Shown one piece after another: positions 10,671 to 20,432 of a stretch of DNA of 32,000 nt. Both the position numbers and the translations under genes were made by a program. Below the pieces are notes generated by a model. The model was given only the letters and a program-made list of their open reading frames with translations, did not search any database and had not been told where the DNA came from. Positions within the stretch are counted from its first letter, which is position 1. Each line of letters begins with the position of its first letter. The stretch covers positions 90,001 through 122,000 of the forward strand of contig CP043989.1 of assembly GCA_015134435.1 (NCBI GenBank). The letters run 5' to 3'. Source of the stretch: Candidatus Saccharimonadota bacterium. GTDB taxonomy: Bacteria > Pseudomonadota > Gammaproteobacteria > Enterobacterales > Enterobacteriaceae.

Positions 10671-11096
10671 ATGTTTATTATTTCTTTTGATTTTGGTATG
10701 AAGAATATTGGTATAGCTATAGGTCAGTTTTATACTAAAACAGCTAACCCTATTATTTCTATAAATGCTAAAAATGGAATACCTGTAAATTGAATGGATA
10801 TTAAAAAAATTTTAGATATTTGATTAATTAAAATAGCTGTAATTGGTTATCCTTATTATTATATAAAAAATAATAAATGTAAATTAATTAAAATTTATAT
10901 AAAAAATTTTGCAAATAATTTAATTAATAAATTTAATTTAAAAATATTTTTTTCAGATGAAAGATTTACTTCTTGTGCTGCTAGAAATTTTATAAATTGT
11001 AATTTTAAATTATATAATTCTTTTTATTCTAATTATGATATTCATGCAATATCTGCTGTTTTAATTTTAGAAAGATGATTAAAGTTAAATTCTTAA
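10671..11096 (+). CDS. ruvX: YqgF/RuvX family putative pre-16S rRNA nuclease (Holliday junction resolvase-like), 141 aa
   Basis: Hand translation is 'MFIISFDFGMKNIGIAIGQFYTKTANPIISINAKNGIPVNWMDIKKILDIWLIKIAVIGYPYY...FFSDERFTSCAARN...DIHAISAVLILERWL'. This matches the YqgF pattern G.D.G...IG.A.G, DER.T...A and AA.ILE.WL. It has four in-frame TGA codons. TAA stop at 11094-11096. Confidence 0.8.
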
Positions 11097-12040
11097 GTAT
11101 TTTTTTCTTGTCTTAATCAAAATATTATATTTAATATATCTTTAGGTATAAAAGAATTTATTACTATTTTATTTTTTTTAATTGGATGTTTAAATATTAA
11201 TGTAGATGCATGTAATGCTTGTCTATTTAATTTATTTATTTTATTTAATATTAATTTAGAAATTTTATATTTTTTTAAAATATTTTTTTTAGTATATATT
11301 TTTTCTCCTACTATAGGATTATTTAAATAATTCATATGTACTCTTATTTGATGAGTTCTTCCAGTTTCTAATTTTATTTCTAAAAATGTAAAATATTTAA
11401 ATTTTTCTATTATTTTAATATATGTTATTGCTTTTTTACCTGTTTTTGATATTGACATTATTTTTCTATTATATTTATTTCTTTTTATATATGTTTCTAT
11501 TTTTTTTATTTTATTTTTAATTTTACCAAATACTAAAGTTTTATATATACGAATTATTTTTTTTTTTTTTAAATTTTTAATTAATTTAATATAACTTTTT
11601 TTATTTTTAGATATTATTAATAAACCTGTTGTATCTTTATCTAATCTATGTATTATTCCACATCTTTTTAAATTAGGATATATATTAGGATATAAATATA
11701 TTAATTTATTAATTAAAGTATCATTTTTATGTCCTGCACCTGGATGAATTATTGTATTTTTATTTTTATTAATTATTATTAAATATTTATCTTCATAAAT
11801 TATATTTATTTTTATTTTTTTATTTATTTTATATTTATTTATTTTTTTTTTAATAAATATTTTTATTATATCTTTATTATAAATTTTAGTATTATTTTTT
11901 TTTACAATTTTATTATTTATATAAATATTTTTATTTTTTATTAATTTTTGTATTTTATTTCTTGAATATTTTTTTAATTTTTTTGATAAAAATATATCTA
12001 TTCTTTTATAAAAATATTTATTTACAATTTTTATAAACAT
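11093..12040 (-). CDS. rluD: 23S rRNA pseudouridine synthase RluD, 315 aa
   Basis: ORF 11117-12040 has 'RIDIFLSKKL..YSRNKIQKLIKNKNIYINNK' (S4 domain), 'HRLDKDTTGLLIISKN' and 'GRTHQIRVHMNYLNNPIVGEKIY'. The track's terminal codon (11117-11119) is TGA. Read as Trp, the frame continues 'FWLRQEKNT*' to the TAA at 11093-11095. Confidence 0.88.
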
Positions 12041-12075
12041 TTTATTTTTTTTAATTAAAAATTATATTTAATTAA

Positions 12076-13473
12076 TTATTTTCCTATACAAAAATTAGAA
12101 AAAATTTGTTTTATAATATTTTTTGATAAAATTATATTTTTTCCTAAAATTTCACATAAATATTTTTGACTATCAAATAAATTTTGATATATTAAATCTA
12201 AATTTATATTTTTATTAAAATTATATTGATTTATTAATTTAATATTTTTTTTTATATTATATATAGTTAATTTAATTAAATTTATATGTCTTTTATTTGT
12301 TAAAAAATTATTTTTTATATTTTTATTTTTTATTTTTTTTTTAATTATATTAATTAATTCTTTAATTCCTATTTTTTTTTTAATTGATATATTTATTATT
12401 ATATATTTTTTATATTTAATAATATTAAATTTTTCTTTTGTTAAATCTATTTTATTACGTATTAAAATATTTATTTTATTTTTTTTTTTAATTTTTTTTA
12501 ATATTTTTTTTTTATAAAAATTTATAATATTTTTTTTTGATATTTTATTTGAATTTACTATAAATAATATTATATTTGATTTTTTAATTTCTTTTCATGT
12601 TTTTTTTATACCTATTTTTTCTATTTTATTTTTTGTTTTATGTATACCAGCTGTATCTATTATTTTTATATCTTTATTTTCTATTATTATATTTTTTTTA
12701 ATTATATCTCTTGTAGTACCTTTTATATTTGTTACAATTGATATATTTTTTGATGTTAAAATATTCATTAAACTGGATTTACCTACATTAGGTTTACCAA
12801 TTATTATTATTTTAATATTATTTTTAATATTTATATTTTTTTTAATATTTTTATATAATTTTTTTATTTTTTTATAAATATTTAATATATTATTTTTTAT
12901 TTTTTTTATTTTTTTTTTTTTTATATTTTTATTAGAAAAATTTATTTCTTTTTCTATATTTATTAAATTATTTTTTATTATATTAATAATATTTTTAATT
13001 TTATTAGATAATTTTCCTTTAAAAGATGATATTGCTGAAAATATTTTACTTTTAGAATTAGCATATATAATTTCTTTTATAGATTCTGCTTGTATTAAAT
13101 CTATTTTTTTATTAATAAAAGCTCTTTCAGTGAATTCTCCAGCATTTGCTATTCTTAAATTTTTAATATTTAAATCAATTATAGAATTTATTATTAATTC
13201 AATTATTTTTTGTCCTCCATGACTATGTATTTCTAAAATATCTTCTCCAGTAAATGAATTAGGAGATTTAAAATATATAATTATTCCATAATCTATAATT
13301 ATATTATTTTTATTTTTTATTGGTGAATAAATTGCATATCTATCTTTTATTTTTTTTTTAAACATTATATTATATATATTTTTTACTTTATTTCCAGATA
13401 TTCTTATTATTCCTATACCTCCATATCCTACAGGAGTAGATTGAGCTAATATAGTATCTCTTTTATTATTCAT
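12076..13473 (-). CDS. mnmE: tRNA modification GTPase MnmE (TrmE), 465 aa
   Basis: The N-terminal piece reads 'DTILAQSTPVGYGGIGIIRISG...FTGEDILEIHSHGG...NAGEFTERAFINKKIDLIQAES'. The G domain reads 'GKPNVGKSSLMN...GTTRD...DTAG'. After a TGA (W) the frame continues to the diagnostic C-terminus '...QIFSNFCIGK*'. TAA stop at 12076-12078. Confidence 0.93.
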
Positions 13474-13560
13474 TTTTATTATTTTTATTAATTTTTTTAA
13501 TAATATAAATATTATATTTAATATAATTTTATTTATTTTTTTTATTTTTATTAAATATAT

Positions 13561-13935
13561 TTATTTTTTATGATTTTGTATTATATAATATTTTTTTCAA
13601 ATTTTAATAAAATATTTAAATATATATTTTTTTTTTAAAAATAAAATATTTTTTTTTAATATTATTAAATAGTTTAATTTTTTAATTTTATATTGATTTA
13701 TTCTAAATGTTTCAAGTATTATTCTTTTAAATTTATTTCTTAATGTTGCTAATTTAATATTTTTTTTTTTTATTATTATTGCTATTTTAGAATATATTTT
13801 ATTATTTTTATAATTTTTCAATATTATATATTTATATTTTTTTATTTTTATTTTAATATTTTTATTTTTATTAATTTTATTAAAATATTTTATGTTTATT
13901 TTTTTTTCTTTTGTTAGAGATAATTTTTCTTCCAT
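13561..13935 (-). CDS. rnpA: Ribonuclease P protein component, 124 aa
   Basis: The ORF contains the RNR motif '[16 protein letters not shown]' at the expected distance from the N-terminus and lies directly downstream of rpmH. The track end (13597-13599) is a TGA. Read as Trp, the frame gives '[16 protein letters not shown]' (compare E. coli 'KLWRRH') and stops at TAA 13561-13563. The start at 13935 overlaps rpmH by 56 nt, and a downstream non-ATG start cannot be excluded. Confidence 0.8.
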
Positions 13936-14011
13936 TTTTAGTTTTCATTCTTTTTCTAAATCCATGTTTATTTTTTTTTTTTATTTTTGATGGTTGAAAT
14001 GTTCTTTTCAT
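13880..14011 (-). CDS. rpmH: 50S ribosomal protein L34 (43 aa; below the ORF-track cutoff)
   Basis: Hand translation is '[43 protein letters not shown]'. It matches the L34 consensus MKRTFQPS....R.HGFR.RM.T.NGR. The gene lies upstream of rnpA, as in nearly all bacteria. Confidence 0.92.
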   Translation of the reverse strand: MKRTFQPSKIKKKNKHGFRKRMKTKNGRKIISNKRKKNKHKIF

Positions 14012-14480
14012 ATTTTTATATTTATATTTAATTATATTTTAAATTTAATAAATTATTATATATTTTATATTATAATAATATTTTAAAAATTAATAAATAA
14101 ATTATTAGTTTAAATGTAAATTTTAATATTTTTATTTTTTAATAATATTGTTGATTTTATAAATAATATATTATATAATTTTTTTAATTTATATGATAAT
14201 AATATTATTTTTTATATAAAAAAAATTATATTTAATTATTATAATATTTTTATTAAAAATATTATTTAAATTTTATTATAAATTAGTTATATGTTTTAAA
14301 TAAATATTTATAATTTTAATAAAAATAATTAATTATAATTTATTAAAATTTAATAATTTATTAATAATTTTAATTATTTTATTATAATTTATTTTTATAA
14401 AAATATTAAAAATTATATTTAAATAATATTTAAGTAAAAAAATTTAATAATTTAATTAAAAATAATATTAAAATATAAAT

Positions 14481-15608
14481 ATGCATTTTATTATAAAAAA
14501 AGAAAAAATAATTATTTTATTAAGTAAATTTAATACTTATATAAATAAATCTTCAAAAAATCCAATTTTATCAAATATTTTATTAATTTTAAAAAAAAAT
14601 AAATTAAATTTTATAGTAACTAATTTAGATATGGAAATTAGTTATACTATAATTTTATCTAAAAATGAATTTTTTAATGATGGATCTATAACTGTAAATT
14701 TAAATAAATTTTATGAATTATGTTGTAGTTTTCCTAAAAATTCTATAATAAATATTTCTTATTTAAAAAAAAAATTTAAAATTACTTGTTTAAATAGTAT
14801 ATCTTTATTATCAACATTACCTTCTAATGATTTTCCTTTATTAAATAAAAATATTTTTTTTGATTTTAATTTTTCATTAAATAGTTATATTTTAAAAAAT
14901 ATTATATTTAATATATATTTATTTATTGGAGATCAAGATATTTATTATTATTTAAATGGTATGTTAATAGAGTTATATGATAATATTTTATATTTTGTTA
15001 CTACTGATGGTTATCGTATTTCTGTATATAAATTATTAAATAATTTTGAATATAAAAAAAATAAATATTTTTCTTTAATAATTCCTAAAAATTTAATTAT
15101 AGAATTATTTAAATTATTAAATTTAAATATTAATGAAAATATTTTTTTTTATGTTAATAATAATATGATTAAAATTATTTATAATAATATTATAATTTAT
15201 TCAAGTTTAATAGATGGTTCTTTTCCAGATTATAAGAGTATTTTATGTTTATCTAATAATTATATTTATGTTGATATAGATATTAAAGAAATTAAAAATG
15301 CTTTAATACGTGCTTCTATAATAAATGGTAATTTATTTAGTTATGTAACATTAATTTTTTATAATAATTTATTATTAATTTATACTAATGATTTTAATAA
15401 TAATAAAATAAAAGAAAAAATATTTTTAGATTATAATGGTAAAAAAATTGAAATTAGTTTTAATATAAAATATATTTTAGATATATTTAAATCTATAAGA
15501 AAATGTTCTAAAATACGTTTTTATATTAAAGATTCTTATTCAATAATTAAAATAATTGATATAAATAATATTTTTTTAACTTATATGATAATGCCTGTTA
15601 AGTTATAA
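14481..15608 (+). CDS. dnaN: DNA polymerase III beta sliding clamp
   Basis: The 375-aa ORF is collinear with E. coli DnaN. The N-terminus 'MHFIIKKEKII..LSKF......NPILSNILLILKKNKLNFIVTNLDMEISY' aligns to 'MKFTVEREHLL...PILGNLLLQV..G.L.LTGTDLEME'. It also has 'TDGYRIS', 'FPDYKSI' and the C-terminus 'YMIMPVKL'. It lies immediately upstream of gyrB. Confidence 0.9.
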   Translation: MHFIIKKEKIIILLSKFNTYINKSSKNPILSNILLILKKNKLNFIVTNLDMEISYTIILSKNEFFNDGSITVNLNKFYELCCSFPKNSIINISYLKKKFKITCLNSISLLSTLPSNDFPLLNKNIFFDFNFSLNSYILKNIIFNIYLFIGDQDIYYYLNGMLIELYDNILYFVTTDGYRISVYKLLNNFEYKKNKYFSLIIPKNLIIELFKLLNLNINENIFFYVNNNMIKIIYNNIIIYSSLIDGSFPDYKSILCLSNNYIYVDIDIKEIKNALIRASIINGNLFSYVTLIFYNNLLLIYTNDFNNNKIKEKIFLDYNGKKIEISFNIKYILDIFKSIRKCSKIRFYIKDSYSIIKIIDINNIFLTYMIMPVKL

Positions 15609-15647
15609 ATTATATAATTTATATTTTTTTTAATGAGTATATAAATT

Positions 15648-18062
15648 ATGTCAATAAATATTTATGATTCTTCAAATATAAAAGTATTAAAAGGTTTAGA
15701 AGGTGTACGTAAACGTCCAGGTATGTATATAGGTGATACATCTGATGATTCTGGTTTACATCATATGATATTTGAAATAATTGATAATTCTGTTGATGAG
15801 TTTTTATCTGGTTTTTGTAAAAATATAATTATTACTTTATATAAAGATAATTCAGTTTCAATTTTAGATGATGGTAGAGGTATTCCTGTTGATATACATA
15901 AAGATACTGGATTACCAGCAATAGAATTAATTATGACTGTACTTCATTCTGGAGGTAAATTTGATAATAATTCTTATGATATTTCTGGAGGTTTACATGG
16001 AGTAGGTCTTTCAGTTGTAAATGCACTTTCTAAAAAATTAATATTAAAAATATATAAAGAAAATAAAATATTTTATCAGATTTATTCTTATGGAAAACCT
16101 AAAAGTAATGTTTCTATAATTGGTAATACAGATAAAACTGGTACTTATATACGTTTTTGACCTGATAAAAGTATTTTTATTAATTTTTATAATTTTAAAT
16201 ATGATATTTTATTTAATAAATTAAATGAATTATCTTATTTAAATAATGGTTTAAAAATAACTTTAATAAGTTTATTAGAAAATAAAAATAATATTTTTTT
16301 AAATTATGGTGGTATTAAATCTTTTTTATCATATTTAATAAATAATAAAAATATAATTCATAAAAATATATTTTATTTTAAAAAAAAAAAAAAAAATATT
16401 ATTTTAGAATTTGCATGTAGATGAGTTGATACATTTAAAAATAATATTTTATGTTATACAAATAATATATTTCAATGTGATGGTGGTACTCATTTATCTG
16501 GCTTAAAATTATCTATAACTCGTACTATTAATTTATATTTTAATAAAGAAATTAATAATAAAAAAAAATATAATTATAATATAATTGGAAATGATACTAG
16601 AGAAGGATTATATGCTATTTTATCTATAAAAATGAATAATCCTAAATTTTCTTCACAAATTAAAAATAAATTGATTTCTTCTGAAGTAAAATTTTTAGTA
16701 GAATCTTTAATAAGTGATAATTTATTTAATTTTTTTTTAGAAAATCCTATTGATGCAAAAAATATTATAAATAAAATTTTAATTTCTTCTAAAAATAGAG
16801 AACTTATTAAAAAAATTAAAAATTTAAATAAAAAAAAAAATAAATATGATTTATCTTTTATTGCAAGTAAATTAGCTGATTGTCAACAAAAAAATTCTAA
16901 ATTGAATGAAATTTTTTTAGTTGAAGGTGATTCTGCTGGTGGTTCAGCTAAACAAAGTAGAAATAGATTTAATCAAGCTGTTTTACCTTTAAAAGGTAAA
17001 GTTATTAATGTTGAAAAAACTAATTTAAATAAAATTTTATTTTCTGAAGAAATAAATATTTTAATATCTGTTTTAGGTTGTGGAATTAAATATAAAAAAT
17101 TTAATTTAAAAAAATTAAGATATAATAATATTATTATTATGACTGATGCAGATATAGATGGTGCTCATATTAGAACTTTATTATTAGCTTTTTTTTATAG
17201 ATATATGCCTGATTTAATAAATAATGGTCATTTATATATAGCACGTCCTCCTTTATATAGAATTAAATATTTAAATAAAGAATATTATGTTTCTAATGAA
17301 AATAGTTTAATAAAATATAAAATTTATTTTTATTTTAAAAATATTAATATATATAAGGGTAATAATAATATTTTATTAAAAAATAATAAATTAATTAAAT
17401 TAGTTATTAATTATTTAAATTTTATAAAATTAATTTCTAAAAAAAAAAATAAATTTATAATTTATTTATTAAATTCTTTAATGTTTTTTAAAAAATTAAA
17501 TATTAATAATTATATTAATTATAATTTATGATTAAAAAATTTTTTAATTTATTTAAATAAAAATATTTTTTTAAAAAAAAAAATTGTTTGTAAATTATTA
17601 AAGGATAATAAAAATAATTTTTATAAATTTAAATTTATTTTTTTTGATAATTTTATTTATAAATATGTTAATATTGATATATTTTTTTTAAAAAATTATT
17701 ATTATTCTTTATTAAATTTAGGTAAAAAATTATATTTTTTTAATAAAAATTATAAAAAATATATTTTAATAAATAATAAAAAAAAATATTTTTCAAATTT
17801 TTATAATTTAATAAAATATGTAATTAAAAAAAAAAAAAAATATATTTTTATACAAAGATATAAAGGTTTAGGAGAAATGAATCCAGATCAATTATGAAAT
17901 ACTACAATGAATCCAAAAAATAGATATATGTCTAAAATATATATTGAAGATACTATTAAAGCAGATAAATTATTTAAAGTTTTAATGGGAGATAGTATTA
18001 AATATCGTAAAATATTTATAAAAAAAAATATTAATTATGATAAAAAATATATTAATTTATAA
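15648..18062 (+). CDS. gyrB: DNA gyrase subunit B, 804 aa
   Basis: Pieces 15648-16160 and 16632-17531, plus the intervening and following segments, form one 2415-nt frame through TGA codons. Motifs include '[15 protein letters not shown]', '[14 protein letters not shown]', 'GGLHGVG', 'RFWPD' (W = TGA 16158-16160), '[15 protein letters not shown]', '[17 protein letters not shown]', 'PPLYRIK' and '[22 protein letters not shown]'. TAA stop at 18060-18062. Confidence 0.97.
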
Positions 18063-18065
18063 TAA

Positions 18066-18138
18066 CTCCTCCGACTGGATTTGAACCAGTGACATACGGA
18101 TTAACAGTCCGTTGTTCTACCAACTGAACTACAGAGGA
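18066..18138 (-). tRNA. tRNA-Asn (anticodon GUU), 73 nt, no encoded CCA
   Basis: The reverse complement folds by hand into a cloverleaf. The acceptor stem is TCCTCTG/CGGAGGA, the D arm is GTTC-AGTTGGTA-GAAC, and the anticodon arm is ACGGA-CTGTTAA-TCCGT. The T arm is ACTGG-TTCAAAT-CCAGT. It is nearly identical to E. coli tRNA-Asn. Confidence 0.93.
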
Positions 18139-18214
18139 ATAAATTAATATTTTTATTATATATTATTTTAATTATAATTGTCAAAAATATTTTAATTTAT
18201 TATAATTTATATAT

Positions 18215-18299
18215 AGTGGGATGTCTGAGTGGTTTAAAGAGCATGTTTGGAAAATATGTATACTTTTATGTATCAAGGGTTCGAATCCCTTTCCCACTA
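18215..18299 (+). tRNA. tRNA-Ser (anticodon GGA), class II with long variable arm, 85 nt, no encoded CCA
   Basis: The acceptor stem is AGTGGGA/TCCCACT. The anticodon arm is CATGT-TTGGAAA-ATATG with one G:U pair. The variable arm is ATAC-ttttat-GTAT and the T arm is AAGGG-TTCGAAT-CCCTT. Confidence 0.88.
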
Positions 18300-18326
18300 T
18301 ATTATTTATATATTTATTTATTATTA

Positions 18327-18330
18327 AAGG
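18327..18330 (+). promoter_or_regulatory. Shine-Dalgarno-like AAGG, 8 nt upstream of the rpsP ATG
   Basis: 'ttattaAAGGatttatttATG', with the same motif and spacing as rpmF. Confidence 0.45.
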
Positions 18331-18338
18331 ATTTATTT

Positions 18339-18593
18339 ATGATTAAAATACGTTTATCTCGTTATGGTAGAAAAAAATTACCTATATATAATATTGTTGT
18401 ATCTGATAAAAGATATTTTCGTAATAGTAAATTTATTGAAAAAATAGGATTTTATAATCCTTTTGGTTCTTTTAAAAATAAAAATAATATTTTTATAAAT
18501 ATGAATATTTTAAATAAATGAATTAAATATGGTGCTTTTATATCTAAAAGAGTTTTATTTATATTAAAAAAATATAAAAAAAATAATTTATAA
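18339..18593 (+). CDS. rpsP: 30S ribosomal protein S16, 84 aa
   Basis: '[41 protein letters not shown]' matches the S16 N-terminal consensus. After the TGA at 18519-18521 the frame continues '[12 protein letters not shown]...' (S16 'W...GA..S') to the TAA at 18591-18593. The upstream part of track ORF 18216-18521 is tRNA-Ser sequence, not coding. Confidence 0.9.
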
Positions 18594-18605
18594 AAAATTT
18601 ATAAT

Positions 18606-19313
18606 ATGAATTTTAATATAATTACAATTAATCCTAATTTTTTTAAATCTCCTTTAAAAAATGGATTAATATATAAAGCTTTAAAAAAAAAGATAATAAA
18701 TATTAATATTATTAATCTTTTTAATTTTATATATAATAATAATAATTATGAAGATAAAGTTTATGGGGGTGGAGCTGGATTATTATTTAAACCAGAACCT
18801 TTATTTTTATCAATAAGTAGTATAAAAAAAAATAATTATAATACTTTTGTTATTTATTTATCTCCTCAAGGTCAAATTATAAATAATAATTTAATTAATA
18901 AGTTATTAAATTATAATTCTTTAATTTTAATTTGTGGTAGATATAATGGTATAGATCAACGTATTATTGATAATTATGTTGATATTGAAATTTCTATAGG
19001 TGATTATGTAATTAGTTGTGGTGAAATTTCTAGTTTAGTTTTAATAGATGTTTTAATAAGAAAAATTCCTGGTGTTTTAAATAATATAAAATCTTTAAAA
19101 TCTGATTCTTTTAATTATATAAATAATAAATTATTAGGATATCCTAATTATACTAGACCTAGAATTTTTAATAATTTATCTATACCTAAAGTTTTATTAT
19201 CTGGAAATCATAAAAAAATATTTTTATGAAGATTTAAAATGTCTTTTATAAAAACTTTGTTTATAAAACCATATTTATTAAAATCTTTATTTTTAATAAA
19301 TAAAAATAAATAA
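18606..19313 (+). CDS. trmD: tRNA (guanine37-N1)-methyltransferase TrmD, 235 aa
   Basis: The sequence includes '...YGGGAGLLFKPEPLF', 'YLSPQGQ', 'LICGRYNGIDQRII' and 'EISIGDYVISCGE..SLVLIDVLIR.IPGVL' (the SAM-binding trefoil-knot region). The frame reads through the TGA at 19227-19229 to the TAA at 19311-19313. Confidence 0.92.
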
Positions 19314-19326
19314 TTTTATATTTATT

Positions 19327-19330
19327 AAGG
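19327..19330 (+). promoter_or_regulatory. Shine-Dalgarno-like AAGG(A), 9 nt upstream of the rplS ATG
   Basis: 'tttattAAGGaatttttaaATG'. Confidence 0.45.
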
Positions 19331-19339
19331 AATTTTTAA

Positions 19340-19681
19340 ATGAAAAATAGTATTATAAATTATGTGGAAAAAAAAAATATTAATAATAATAATATTAAAA
19401 TTAATTTTATAACTGGAGATGTTTTGGAAGTTAAAATATGAATTATAGAATTAAATAAAAAAAGATTACAAATTTTTAAAGGTATAGTTATATCTATAAA
19501 AAATAAAGGTATAAATTCTTCTTTTATTTTAAGAAAAATATCTTATGGAGAAGGTGTTGAAAAATTATTTAAAATTTATTCACCTATAATTTATTCTATA
19601 AAAATAATTAAAAAAAATAAAAAAATAAAAAAATCAAAATTATATTATTTACGTTTTAATAAAAATAAAATTAATGTATAG
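19340..19681 (+). CDS. rplS: 50S ribosomal protein L19, 113 aa
   Basis: Hand translation is 'MKNSIINYVEKK...[62 protein letters not shown].SIKII'. It matches the L19 pattern F..GD.V.V...V.EG.K.R.Q.F.G.VI......G....F.VRK.S.G.GVE. The gene completes the rpsP-trmD-rplS operon order. TAG stop at 19679-19681. Confidence 0.9.
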
Positions 19682-20414
19682 ATTATTAGTTTGTATACAA
19701 TATAATGGTTTTTTTTATCATGGTTGACAAAAACAAAATAAAAATGATAATAGTATACAATGTGTTATAGAAAATTATTTATCTTTATTTTTTAATTATA
19801 ATATAAAAATATTTTGTTCTAGTAGAACTGATATAGGTGTGCATAGTTTAGGTCAAATTTTTCATTTTGATATAAAAAAATATATTAAAATTAATTTAAT
19901 TTTGAATTATTTAAATAATGTTTTATTAAATTATATTTTAATAAAATGAATAAAATATGTTTCTATTAATTTTCATAGTAGATATAATGCTATTGCTAGA
20001 AGATATATATATGTAATGTGTAATATAGATAATAAATCTATTTTTTTAAATAAATTAGTAACATATTATAATGAATATATAGATATTAATTTAATGTTAA
20101 AAGCATCCAGATGTTTAATTGGAAAACATGATTTTAGTTCATTTAGATCTTCTAAGTGTGAATCAAAAAATCCATATAAAATAATTTTTTATATAAATAT
20201 ATATAAATATAAAAAATTTATTTTTTTTGATATAAAAGCTAATTCTTTTTTATATCATATGGTAAGAAATATAATTAGTAGTTTATTATTAGTAGGTACA
20301 TATAAATATTCTGTATTTTGAATAAAAGATTTTCTTTATTATAGAAATAAAAAAATCTTTAATATATATATGATTAAACCTTATGGTTTATATTTAGTAA
20401 ATGTATATTATTAA
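19674..20414 (+). CDS. truA: tRNA pseudouridine(38-40) synthase TruA, 246 aa
   Basis: The sequence begins 'MYRLLVCIQYNGFFYHGWQKQ' (W = TGA 19725-19727). It includes 'CSSRTDIGVHSLGQIFHFD' (catalytic Asp), 'GKHDFSSFRS', 'FLYHMVRNIISSLL' and the C-terminus 'PYGLYLVNVYY*'. The ATG overlaps the rplS 3' end by 8 nt. Confidence 0.9.
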
Positions 20415-20432
20415 TTTATATTTATTTAATTT

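Noticed and set aside
14335-14393. Three copies of 'ataatttatt' within 60 bp of the rpmH/dnaN spacer, considered as iteron or DnaA-box substitutes
   Set aside because: In an effectively two-letter alphabet a 10-mer has only about 1,000 variants, so a triple occurrence in a low-complexity spacer is only weakly surprising. It is kept as a side note under the origin finding, not as a feature.
14012-14480. A dnaA pseudogene remnant in the rpmH/dnaN spacer
   Set aside because: The spacer is 469 bp, against about 1.4 kb for dnaA. It has no ORF of any length worth noting and almost no G/C, so no residual conserved codons are recognisable. If dnaA was ever here it has been fully erased.
18216-18338. 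N-terminal 41 codons of track ORF 18216-18521 ('[30 protein letters not shown]...')
   Set aside because: This segment is the tRNA-Ser(GGA) gene (18215-18299) read as protein. The real S16 coding region starts at the internal ATG at 18339, which has an AAGG upstream.
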